Assembly: GCA_964457525.1 (NCBI GenBank)
Contig: CAYWGS010000028.1
Location: forward strand, 1 to 15,778
Source of the DNA: an uncultured Erysipelotrichaceae bacterium
Lineage (GTDB): Bacteria > Bacillota_I > Bacilli_A > Erysipelotrichales > Erysipelotrichaceae
Direction of reading: 5' to 3'
Length of the DNA stretch: 15,778 nt
Shown: one piece after another, positions 8,428 through 15,778 of the stretch
Numbering within the stretch: the first letter of the stretch is position 1
Layout: every line of letters starts with the position of its first letter
Program-made: the position numbers and the translations under genes
The notes under the pieces: model-generated
Database searches by the model: none
Told to the model about the DNA's origin: nothing
What the model saw: only the letters and a program-made list of their open reading frames with translations

Positions 8428-8861
8428 ACTTGTTTCTCAATTTCTAATAATTCTTCAGCCCGATGTTTGAGTTTATCAAGATAACTCATAAGTAATGTAA
8501 TTTCATCCTCATTAAAATCTTGTAATAAGAAATGTCGCTGTTCCTTGAAGGTCGTAGAGATTACTTTACTGAGTTTTGTGCCTTCTTCACTTGGATATAG
8601 GCGTAATATTCTTAAATCATTTTCATCTTGAATACGTGTAATATAACCGAGTTCACTCAAATGAATTAATCCTCGAGCGACATTACTTTTATCGATATGC
8701 ATCGTCTTGGTTAACTCTTCCTGAGATATACCAGGATGACGATTGATCTCTAATAAGTAATTTGCTTGATATCCTTTTAATCCATATTCTTTAAAAACTT
8801 CATTTCGATAAAGTATGTTTGAACGTTCAATTATACTTATGGTTTTATTTATCGGTATCAT
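8424..8861 (-). CDS. MarR-family winged-helix transcriptional regulator
   Basis: 145 aa. The wHTH segment ISQEELTKTMHIDKSNVARGLIHLSELGYITRIQDENDLRILRLYPSEEG is typical of MarR. It is the first gene of the operon and overlaps the ABC gene start by 4 nt. Confidence 0.9.
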   Translation of the reverse strand: MIPINKTISIIERSNILYRNEVFKEYGLKGYQANYLLEINRHPGISQEELTKTMHIDKSNVARGLIHLSELGYITRIQDENDLRILRLYPSEEGTKLSKVISTTFKEQRHFLLQDFNEDEITLLMSYLDKLKHRAEELLEIEKQV

Positions 8862-8873
8862 AGGTCTCCAATC

Positions 8874-8887
8874 GTTGCGTGCGCAAC
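8874..8887. promoter_or_regulatory. Candidate operator: inverted repeat GTTGCG-TG-CGCAAC
   Basis: Six-bp perfect arms with a 2-bp centre, conspicuously GC-rich in an AT-rich spacer. It lies directly downstream of the minus-strand -10 and just upstream of the marR SD (GGAG on the minus strand), the expected position for autorepression by a dimeric wHTH protein. Confidence 0.5.
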
Positions 8888-8888
8888 T

Positions 8889-8917
8889 ATTATAACAGAG
8901 ATTTCATGGGATATCAT
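8889..8917 (-). promoter_or_regulatory. Candidate sigma-A promoter (extended -10) for the marR-ABC-ABC operon
   Basis: Read on the minus strand: ATGATA (-35, plus coordinates 8912..8917), 17 nt spacer, TGtTATAAT (TG at 8896..8897, TATAAT at 8889..8894). Confidence 0.55.
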
Positions 8918-8962
8918 AGAAATTTAACTGAAGCATGTTAAAATATAGAAAGAGGTAATACT

Positions 8963-9907
8963 ATGATAAAAATAGGCATACTTGGATGCGGGAAAATAGC
9001 GCATCGTTTTGTGAAAGGTGCATTAGAAACCAGTAATACAAGCGTTATTGCTTGTGCCGCAAGAGAATATGATCGTGCTAAAGTATTTGCGGACGAATAT
9101 CAGATTATAAAGGTTTATGGAGACTATGAATCCTTAGTTAATGATCCTGAAGTCGATGCGATTTATGTCGCAACACCACCATTCATGCATGAAGAACACA
9201 TCCGATTATGTTTGAATCATAATAAACATGTCATTTCCGAGAAACCCTTTGTACCCAATGCAGAGATATCAAATGAATTGTTTGATTTAGCGAAATCCAA
9301 ACGATTGGTTTTAATGGAAGCGAATAAGACAGTATTTACGCTAACTTGGATTGATATTAAGCGTAAATTAGAAGAAAAAGCAATTGGTGAAGTGATGTAT
9401 GCGGAAGGTTCATATACCTATCGCTTCCCACAAGATGATCATTGGGTTTTTGATCCAAGTAAAATGGGTGGAGGAATGTTTGATGTTGGTGTTTATCCAT
9501 TAACCGTTGCGCTTTATTTGTTTGGATTAAATGTGTTAAAGATGGTTAAGATGAAGATTCTAAATGAAATGGGATCCGATGATTTAACCCATATGCTTAT
9601 ACAATTCCCGAATCAAAGATTGGTCAGTGTAAAAGGTGGTATAGGGGTAGAAACCGATAATCATTTCACCATTTATGGTACAGAAGGTAAGATACGTTGC
9701 CCGCGATTCTCTAAGAGTAATTATTACTTTATTGAACGATATGGGTTTCCGGAAGAGACGATAAAGTTTGAATTCAATAGTGAATTTGCGTTTGAGATAG
9801 AACACTTCTCAAAATGCATTGAGGAAGGATTAATTGAGAGTCCAATCATGTCTCAAAAAATGTCAGAAACAATTTTAAATTTGATTAATAAGGAGTCGTA
9901 TGAATAA
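8963..9907 (+). CDS. Gfo/Idh/MocA-family NAD(P)-dependent oxidoreductase
   Basis: N-terminal Rossmann motif IKIGILGCGKIAHRF, conserved EKP motif (HVISEKPF), and a C-terminal alpha/beta dimerisation-type domain. 314 aa. Confidence 0.9.
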   Translation: MIKIGILGCGKIAHRFVKGALETSNTSVIACAAREYDRAKVFADEYQIIKVYGDYESLVNDPEVDAIYVATPPFMHEEHIRLCLNHNKHVISEKPFVPNAEISNELFDLAKSKRLVLMEANKTVFTLTWIDIKRKLEEKAIGEVMYAEGSYTYRFPQDDHWVFDPSKMGGGMFDVGVYPLTVALYLFGLNVLKMVKMKILNEMGSDDLTHMLIQFPNQRLVSVKGGIGVETDNHFTIYGTEGKIRCPRFSKSNYYFIERYGFPEETIKFEFNSEFAFEIEHFSKCIEEGLIESPIMSQKMSETILNLINKESYE

Positions 9908-10187
9908 ATATACTAAGAAAGTAAATGATCAAAATGTGATCTCATTGGAAGATGTAAAAATTGAAGGAGAGTATATTACAGGAGAAGTGATTGATCGCTT
10001 AGCTAAATTTGAATCCTTCTATGAAGAGATTGAAAAGAATCAAATCACCATCTCAGAACAACTCGAAGTATTGCGTAGTGAAGGTAAAGATAAAACCGTT
10101 GAGTATAAAGAGTTATTTACAAAGAAACTCGTGAATAATAATGTGATGGCTTTCTTACGTTATCATGGCTTAGCCCCAAAGAAATAA
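9900..10187 (+). CDS. Hypothetical 95-aa protein, predicted soluble, helical and highly charged; no family recognised
   Basis: AGGAG at 9891..9895 precedes the ATG at 9900. The start overlaps the oxidoreductase stop by 8 nt (ATGAATAA). There are no internal stops, composition is consistent with the neighbours, and the next gene follows after only 9 nt. No motifs that I can name. Confidence 0.65.
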   Translation: MNKYTKKVNDQNVISLEDVKIEGEYITGEVIDRLAKFESFYEEIEKNQITISEQLEVLRSEGKDKTVEYKELFTKKLVNNNVMAFLRYHGLAPKK

Positions 10188-10196
10188 GGAGGATTT

Positions 10197-10484
10197 ATGT
10201 TACATTTACATGTCTTGTATACAGTTGTAGAGGGTAGACGGGATGAGTTTTATGATTTGATTAATCAATTAGGAATTGCGTCCAAATCAAGAACGGAAGA
10301 AGATAATATAAAATACGATTATTACATTCCGTATGGGACTGAGAATCAAATCTTCTTACTTGAGATTTGGAAAACAAAAGAAGGGTTTGAACGCCATAAA
10401 CAATCGGATCACTTTAAACAACTTCAAGAGTTAAAAGAAGATTATATTGAGGGTGCTAAACTCGATATCTTTGAGATTGTTTGA
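10197..10484 (+). CDS. ABM-fold (antibiotic biosynthesis monooxygenase / YgiN-like quinol monooxygenase) domain protein
   Basis: A 95-aa single ferredoxin-like domain with the characteristic ...YDYY...LLEIWKTKEGFERHKQSDHFKQL... pattern (E-x-W ... H-x-x-S-x-H-F). AAGGAGG SD at 10186..10192. It lacks the N-terminal Asn of the IsdG heme-oxygenase triad. Confidence 0.8.
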   Translation: MLHLHVLYTVVEGRRDEFYDLINQLGIASKSRTEEDNIKYDYYIPYGTENQIFLLEIWKTKEGFERHKQSDHFKQLQELKEDYIEGAKLDIFEIV

Positions 10485-10496
10485 AACAGTGTTTCA
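10482..10496 (+). promoter_or_regulatory. Perfect 6-bp-arm palindrome/hairpin TGAAAC-AGT-GTTTCA spanning the ABM stop codon
   Basis: Read directly from the sequence. It begins with the TGA stop itself. The downstream T-tract is interrupted (tgaaattgtttt), so it is at best a weak terminator. It could instead be a protein-binding site upstream of the GH1 gene. Confidence 0.35.
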
Positions 10497-10535
10497 TGAA
10501 ATTGTTTTAAGATTGATTAAATGCTTTGATATTGA

Positions 10536-11996
<1,461 letters not shown>

Positions 11997-12002
11997 TTAA
12001 TC

Positions 12003-12027
12003 AAGCTGTCGTATGACAGCTTTAATT
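12003..12027 (+). terminator. Rho-independent terminator after the GH1 gene
   Basis: AAGCTGTC (12003..12010), loop GTAT, GACAGCTT (12015..12022), followed by TTTAATT. The U-tract is imperfect. Confidence 0.6.
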
Positions 12028-12041
12028 GTGGTTTATATTCA

Positions 12042-12070
12042 TTGACACATATGGTTTGTGTTTCTATAAT
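12042..12070 (+). promoter_or_regulatory. Perfect consensus sigma-A promoter upstream of the MATE gene
   Basis: TTGACA (12042..12047), exactly 17 nt, TATAAT (12065..12070), about 62 nt upstream of the ATG at 12133. The inverted repeat ACACA (12045..12049) / TGTGT (12057..12061) lies inside the -35/spacer. Confidence 0.75.
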
Positions 12071-12132
12071 AAGGTACATATTTAAATAAATTAAGTAATC
12101 TTAAATAGAATAATAGAAATGGAGCGTTTTAA

Positions 12133-13527
12133 ATGGTATTTGTAAACCCACTTGGAGAAGAAAAAATAAGTAAATTAATCATCAAATTTTCAATTCCTGC
12201 AATCGTTGGAATGATGGTAAATGCTTTATACAATATCGTAGACCGTATTTATATAGGGAATGCGGTTGATTTAGGAAAGAATGGTTTAGCAGGAATTACC
12301 ATTGGATTTCCACTTATGCTTATTATGTTGGCTATTGGCGTTCTATTTGGTGTTGGTGGCGCAACCTTATTCTCCATTCGATTAGGTCAAAAAAAGGAAG
12401 AAGAAGCAGAGAAAGTACTCGGTAATTCAATCACATTGATGGTTGTGGCGGGGATTATATACATGATCCTTGGTCAAATATTCTTAGAACCACTTCTTCG
12501 CTTATTTGGTGCCAGTGATGTGGTTATGCCGTATTCAATTGAATATATGCGAATTATCTTCTTTGGATCTGTCTTTCAAATTCTAAGTATGGGAGTTAAT
12601 CACTTTATTCGTGCGGATGGTAGTCCTCGAATCGCAATGTTATCGATGTTCATAAGTGCAGGAATAAATATTGTGCTTGATCCTGTATTCATCTTTGGAT
12701 TCAATATGGGAATGGCAGGGGCAGCGATTGCGACAGTAATTGCTCAAGCATTCTCTGCAATATGGGTTGTTTATCACTTCTTAGGTAAACATAGTAAAGC
12801 GAAGTTACATATAAAGAATCTTATTTTAGATTCAAATATTGTAAATCGTATTGTATCCCTTGGTATGCCGGGTTTCTTATTACAACTCGCTAGTTCACTC
12901 TTAAATACGTTACTTAACCGTAATCTCTTCATTTATGGAGGTGATATTGCGGTATCTGGTATGGGTATTATCAATAGTATTCAGACGTTGATGTTAATGC
13001 CGATAATAGGATTGAATCAAGGTGTACAACCGATCATTAGTTTCAACTTTGGGGCGAAGAAATTCGAACGTGTAAAAGAAGCTGTAAAACTAGCGATTAT
13101 TGTCGCAACGTCTATCGTTCTTGTTGGTTACTTGGCAACTCGATTAATCCCAACAGTACTTGTATCGATGTTTAATCGTGAAGCAGATTTAATGGCATTT
13201 AGTACAATGGCCATTGGCTCATGGTTCTTTATGATGCCAGTCGTTGGTTTCCAAATTATTGCGGCGAATTTCTTCCAAGCAATTGGTCGTTCCAAGTCCG
13301 CAATGTTCTTAACTTTAACTCGACAAATCATTTTCTTAATACCTGCAGTTATAATTTTCCCTCAGTTATGGGGTGTTCAAGGTTTATTGTATGCCGCACC
13401 TTTTGCGGATTTCCTTGCGGCAGTTTTAACAGGGTATTTCTTTATTCGAGTATTAAAAGATTTATCGAACTTAAATCCTGAAAATGTGGATCAATCGATT
13501 GCGGCTGAGAGTTTATTGGAAGTTTAA
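12133..13527 (+). CDS. MATE-family multidrug/toxic-compound efflux transporter
   Basis: 464 aa with about 12 hydrophobic helices. The N-terminus ...KLIIKFSIPAIVGMMVNALYNIVDRIYIGN... and the internal repeat ...IVSLGMPGFLLQLASSLLNTLLNRNL... are typical of the two MatE repeats. GGAG at 12121..12124. Confidence 0.9.
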   Translation: MVFVNPLGEEKISKLIIKFSIPAIVGMMVNALYNIVDRIYIGNAVDLGKNGLAGITIGFPLMLIMLAIGVLFGVGGATLFSIRLGQKKEEEAEKVLGNSITLMVVAGIIYMILGQIFLEPLLRLFGASDVVMPYSIEYMRIIFFGSVFQILSMGVNHFIRADGSPRIAMLSMFISAGINIVLDPVFIFGFNMGMAGAAIATVIAQAFSAIWVVYHFLGKHSKAKLHIKNLILDSNIVNRIVSLGMPGFLLQLASSLLNTLLNRNLFIYGGDIAVSGMGIINSIQTLMLMPIIGLNQGVQPIISFNFGAKKFERVKEAVKLAIIVATSIVLVGYLATRLIPTVLVSMFNREADLMAFSTMAIGSWFFMMPVVGFQIIAANFFQAIGRSKSAMFLTLTRQIIFLIPAVIIFPQLWGVQGLLYAAPFADFLAAVLTGYFFIRVLKDLSNLNPENVDQSIAAESLLEV

Positions 13528-13548
13528 TTAAAGAAAAGGAATAGAAAA

Positions 13549-14199
13549 ATGAAGAAAACGATTTTGACATTCTTGTTTATTTCAATCAATATTGTAATAA
13601 CTGGGATTGGCGCAAGTTTAGGTATTAAAGCAGCTGTAGGTGTCGGGGCATGGGATGCTTTATCACAAAGTGTCTCAACCGTTATCGGTATGAAAATAGG
13701 AACATTCTCGATGTTACTGAATATTAGTTGTGTTGTGGTTCAATTATTGATGTTAGGTAAGAAGTTTAAACCGATATCAATCCTACAAGTTTTTGTCGCA
13801 ATTCTCTTAGGTAATGTTGTGAACTTTATGTTATACGATGTATATGCTAACTTAGTGATTAATTCATATTTCCTTAACTTAGCAATCTATGTTGTATCCG
13901 TATTAATCATCGTGGTTGGTGTTGCGAATATCATGGCGATGAATTTTATCAGTTTCCCACTTGAAGGGGCATGTTTAGTCGTCTCTGATCGATATAACCT
14001 TAATTTTGGTAAAGTTCGTCAGTGGGTCGATATCATAGCCATTATCATTGCGCTTGTCGTTGCGTTTGTATTTAAAGATAATTACACTGTAGGTGTTGGG
14101 ACTGTAATAGGAATGGTCATGTTTGGTCCACTTCTTGATCGCATCATGAACTTTGTTCGCCCTAAGCTTGATAAAATGGGTCTTGTATACAATCAATAA
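13549..14199 (+). CDS. YczE-like (DUF6198-type) small polytopic membrane protein
   Basis: 216 aa. The N-terminal helix plus GIGASLGIKAAVGVGAWDALSQS resembles the YczE family pattern (G-x-A-L-x-I-K-A-x-L-G-x-x-P-W-D). It lies 21 nt after the MATE stop with its own AAAGGA SD, so it is probably co-transcribed. The family name is from memory and moderately certain. Confidence 0.75.
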   Translation: MKKTILTFLFISINIVITGIGASLGIKAAVGVGAWDALSQSVSTVIGMKIGTFSMLLNISCVVVQLLMLGKKFKPISILQVFVAILLGNVVNFMLYDVYANLVINSYFLNLAIYVVSVLIIVVGVANIMAMNFISFPLEGACLVVSDRYNLNFGKVRQWVDIIAIIIALVVAFVFKDNYTVGVGTVIGMVMFGPLLDRIMNFVRPKLDKMGLVYNQ

Positions 14200-14219
14200 T
14201 CTAAACTAACAATATTAGA

Positions 14220-14248
14220 TTGAATTCTTTTGTTATAAATTGTAAAAT
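14220..14248 (+). promoter_or_regulatory. Candidate sigma-A promoter for the GGDEF gene
   Basis: TTGAAT (14220..14225), 17 nt, TAAAAT (14243..14248), about 48 nt upstream of the ATG at 14296. Confidence 0.5.
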
Positions 14249-14295
14249 TACACATGAATGTAGAGAGTTTAAATAATTAATGAAGAAGGTTAAAC

Positions 14296-15645
14296 ATGAA
14301 TTTTAACTTAAAGTGCATCGATGAGCATACTCTGAACACACTTACACATATAGTACCTTTTCCAGTTTTGATATTTAATCAAGATGGTCCTTTGTATTAT
14401 GATGACAAAGTAAAGAAGATGTTATGTGAAGAAAACTATAATATTTCATATATTGATTTATTTCATAGTTTTAATGATGCGCATAAAACAAAAAGAATGG
14501 AATTAATTCTTCTTAATCCTAAACTTGAGAAAGTTTGGCTTAATGTATTTGGTGAGTTAATTGAATATCAGAGTAAAACTGCAGTAATAATTTATATCAT
14601 TGATAAAGTGGATAAAGTACAAAATGATGGTGAGATTTTACGTTTATCTAAATTAAGACAGTATATGTTAGAAATCAATCAATCGATTGTTAATATAACA
14701 GACTTAAAGCGTACCTTTTATCTTATTTTAACAAATGCATTAAAAGCATTGGAGAATGCGTCTTTGGGTTCTATTTTTATCAAGAATAAAGATGTGTTTG
14801 AGGTAGTTTCTTATATTGGATTTGATAAGAGTATTGAAGAATTTAAATTACCCATTGTGGATTCATTCTTATATCGAAATACAGATGGATTAATGAATCG
14901 AATTGCGAATATTAAGAAACTTGAGATGGATGATCATTTCTATCCCGTTAAAACCTATGCAGGTGAAAATGTCTATATCAAGTCTGAGATTACTGCTCCA
15001 ATTTACATTAATGGTGAACTATATGGGATGATAAACTTAGATTCACTTGAAGAAAATGCGTTTGATGATGATGACTTTGCGTCCATGGAGTTCATTAGTA
15101 CGAATGTGCAGATAGCGATTTCAAATCAATTATCCTATATCGAGAAATCAAGATTAGCGATGTTTGATCCACTTACGAAGCTCTATAATCGTCATTACTT
15201 TGAGGAACAGTTCCAAGCCTATAAACGTCGTGCAAGTCGATATGATGAGAAGTTCCATTTAGTTCTATTTGATGTGGATGATTTGAAGATTGTGAATGAT
15301 TTATTTGGGCATACAACAGGTGATAAAGTGATTAAGCGTATCGCTTCTGAAATACAAAACAAAACACGTAAGAGTGATGTGATTGCTCGATTTGGTGGAG
15401 ATGAGTTTATTGGATTATTCTTAGGGACATCTTCTAATGCATTGCATAAGAAGATTCTTGATATTGAAAAAGAGTTAAATGATAGTCCAATGGCAATTAA
15501 TGAGAAACTTGTTTATTTTAACTTTAGTTTTGGTATTTCATCCTATCCGAAGGATGGAGTTAATCTCAATGAGTTGCTTGAAGCTGCAGATAAACGGATG
15601 TATTTACATAAGCAAAATAAGAAAAGTTGTTGCGAAAAAATCTAG
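14296..15645 (+). CDS. Diguanylate cyclase: PAS-like N-terminal region, GAF domain and GGDEF domain
   Basis: GGDEF motif at res 367-371 (nt 15394..15408). The I-site RKSD (res 358-361, nt 15367..15378) lies exactly 5 residues upstream. The segments FDPLTKLYNRHYF and LFDVDDLKIVNDLFGHTTGD are typical of active GGDEF domains. A GAF-like region at about res 120-280 ends ...APIYINGELYGMINLDS.... Confidence 0.9.
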   Translation: MNFNLKCIDEHTLNTLTHIVPFPVLIFNQDGPLYYDDKVKKMLCEENYNISYIDLFHSFNDAHKTKRMELILLNPKLEKVWLNVFGELIEYQSKTAVIIYIIDKVDKVQNDGEILRLSKLRQYMLEINQSIVNITDLKRTFYLILTNALKALENASLGSIFIKNKDVFEVVSYIGFDKSIEEFKLPIVDSFLYRNTDGLMNRIANIKKLEMDDHFYPVKTYAGENVYIKSEITAPIYINGELYGMINLDSLEENAFDDDDFASMEFISTNVQIAISNQLSYIEKSRLAMFDPLTKLYNRHYFEEQFQAYKRRASRYDEKFHLVLFDVDDLKIVNDLFGHTTGDKVIKRIASEIQNKTRKSDVIARFGGDEFIGLFLGTSSNALHKKILDIEKELNDSPMAINEKLVYFNFSFGISSYPKDGVNLNELLEAADKRMYLHKQNKKSCCEKI

Positions 15646-15662
15646 TAATTACTAGGTTTTTT
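15635..15662. terminator. Rho-independent (possibly bidirectional) terminator after the GGDEF gene
   Basis: A6-T-CTAGTAATTACTAG-G-T6. The palindrome at 15642..15655, plus pairing of the flanking A-run and T-run, gives a 12-13 bp AU-rich stem. Six T follow at 15657..15662. The TAG stop lies inside the stem. Confidence 0.6.
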
Positions 15663-15778
15663 ATTCAAAATTGAGTTTTGGTTTAATTAGTAGAAGATTG
15701 ATAACCTATTCTAGTGTATAATGTCCTGTCTTTGACACTTAAAGGCGAATAAAAACTCAGAAACCCTTTGATTATAAA

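Noticed and set aside
8936-8944. TGtTAAAAT as an extended -10 for the plus-strand oxidoreductase operon
   Set aside because: The predicted transcription start (about 8951) would fall on the SD (AGAGG, 8951..8955), leaving essentially no leader, and there is no -35. The true plus-strand promoter in 8862..8962 could not be fixed by eye.
9584-9805. 73-aa minus-strand ORF
   Set aside because: It lies antisense within the Gfo/Idh/MocA CDS and has no initiation signals.
12071-12132. Riboswitch or leader-peptide control of the MATE gene
   Set aside because: The leader is only about 55-60 nt, extremely AT-rich, and shows no conserved stems or a terminator/antiterminator pair. The short ATG-initiated frame at 12051 overlaps the promoter itself, so it would not be transcribed.
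13128-13481. ORFs at 13128..13331 (-) and 13221..13481 (+)
   Set aside because: Both lie inside the MATE CDS, one antisense and one in an alternative frame. The MATE frame encodes continuous TM helices through this stretch.
13975-14196. 73-aa minus-strand ORF
   Set aside because: It lies antisense within the YczE-like CDS, has lysine/asparagine-rich AT-driven composition, and has no SD.
14198-14221. Hairpin AATCTAA-N10-TTAGATT as the terminator of the MATE/YczE operon
   Set aside because: It is a 7-bp stem with only one G:C pair, has a 10-nt loop and no adjacent U-tract, and its right arm overlaps the -35 of the next promoter. It is too weak to call.
15666-15778. Promoter-like and hairpin elements at the 3' edge: CAAAA-ttgag-TTTTG, TTGATA (15698..15703), TATAAT (15717..15722) and TTGACA (15732..15737)
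   Set aside because: TTGATA and TATAAT are only 13 nt apart, and TTGACA has no -10 at proper spacing. The gene they might serve lies beyond the window, so nothing can be assigned.

Overview
This is an AT-rich (about one-third G+C by eye), tightly packed bacterial chromosomal segment. It has strong AGGAGG-type Shine-Dalgarno sites, hairpin/T-tract terminators, and TGA used as a stop codon (1394..1396, 4934..4936, 10482..10484), so translation table 11 rather than 4. This fits a low-GC Gram-positive-type genome (Bacillota, or Erysipelotrichia/Acholeplasma-like); I cannot be more precise without a search.

I support 14 protein-coding genes:
- a 5'-truncated polytopic membrane protein
- a MacB-type ABC ATPase translationally coupled to a 989-aa double-FtsX permease with a long coiled-coil insert
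- a stand-alone CarD/CdnL-like RNAP-binding protein
- a minus-strand marR / ABC half-transporter / ABC half-transporter operon, a heterodimeric exporter with one degenerate ATP site
- a plus-strand run of a Gfo/Idh/MocA oxidoreductase, an unknown 95-aa protein and an ABM-fold monooxygenase, followed by a GH1 6-phospho-beta-glucosidase
- a MATE efflux pump plus a YczE-like membrane protein, behind a perfect consensus sigma-A promoter
- a PAS-like/GAF/GGDEF diguanylate cyclase

I see no rRNA, tRNA, CRISPR array, transposase, integrase, phage gene or recognisable defence-type enzymatic domain, and no obvious compositional break. My honest reading is an ordinary transport, regulation and sugar-utilisation neighbourhood, not a mobile or defence island, and I cannot point to a clear new multi-gene system. 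The least-explained items are the coiled-coil-bearing fused MacB-type permease, the coupled 95-aa unknown protein inside the oxidoreductase/ABM/GH1 cluster, and two operator-like inverted repeats placed on strong promoters. All family calls rest on motifs read by eye; no searches were run.
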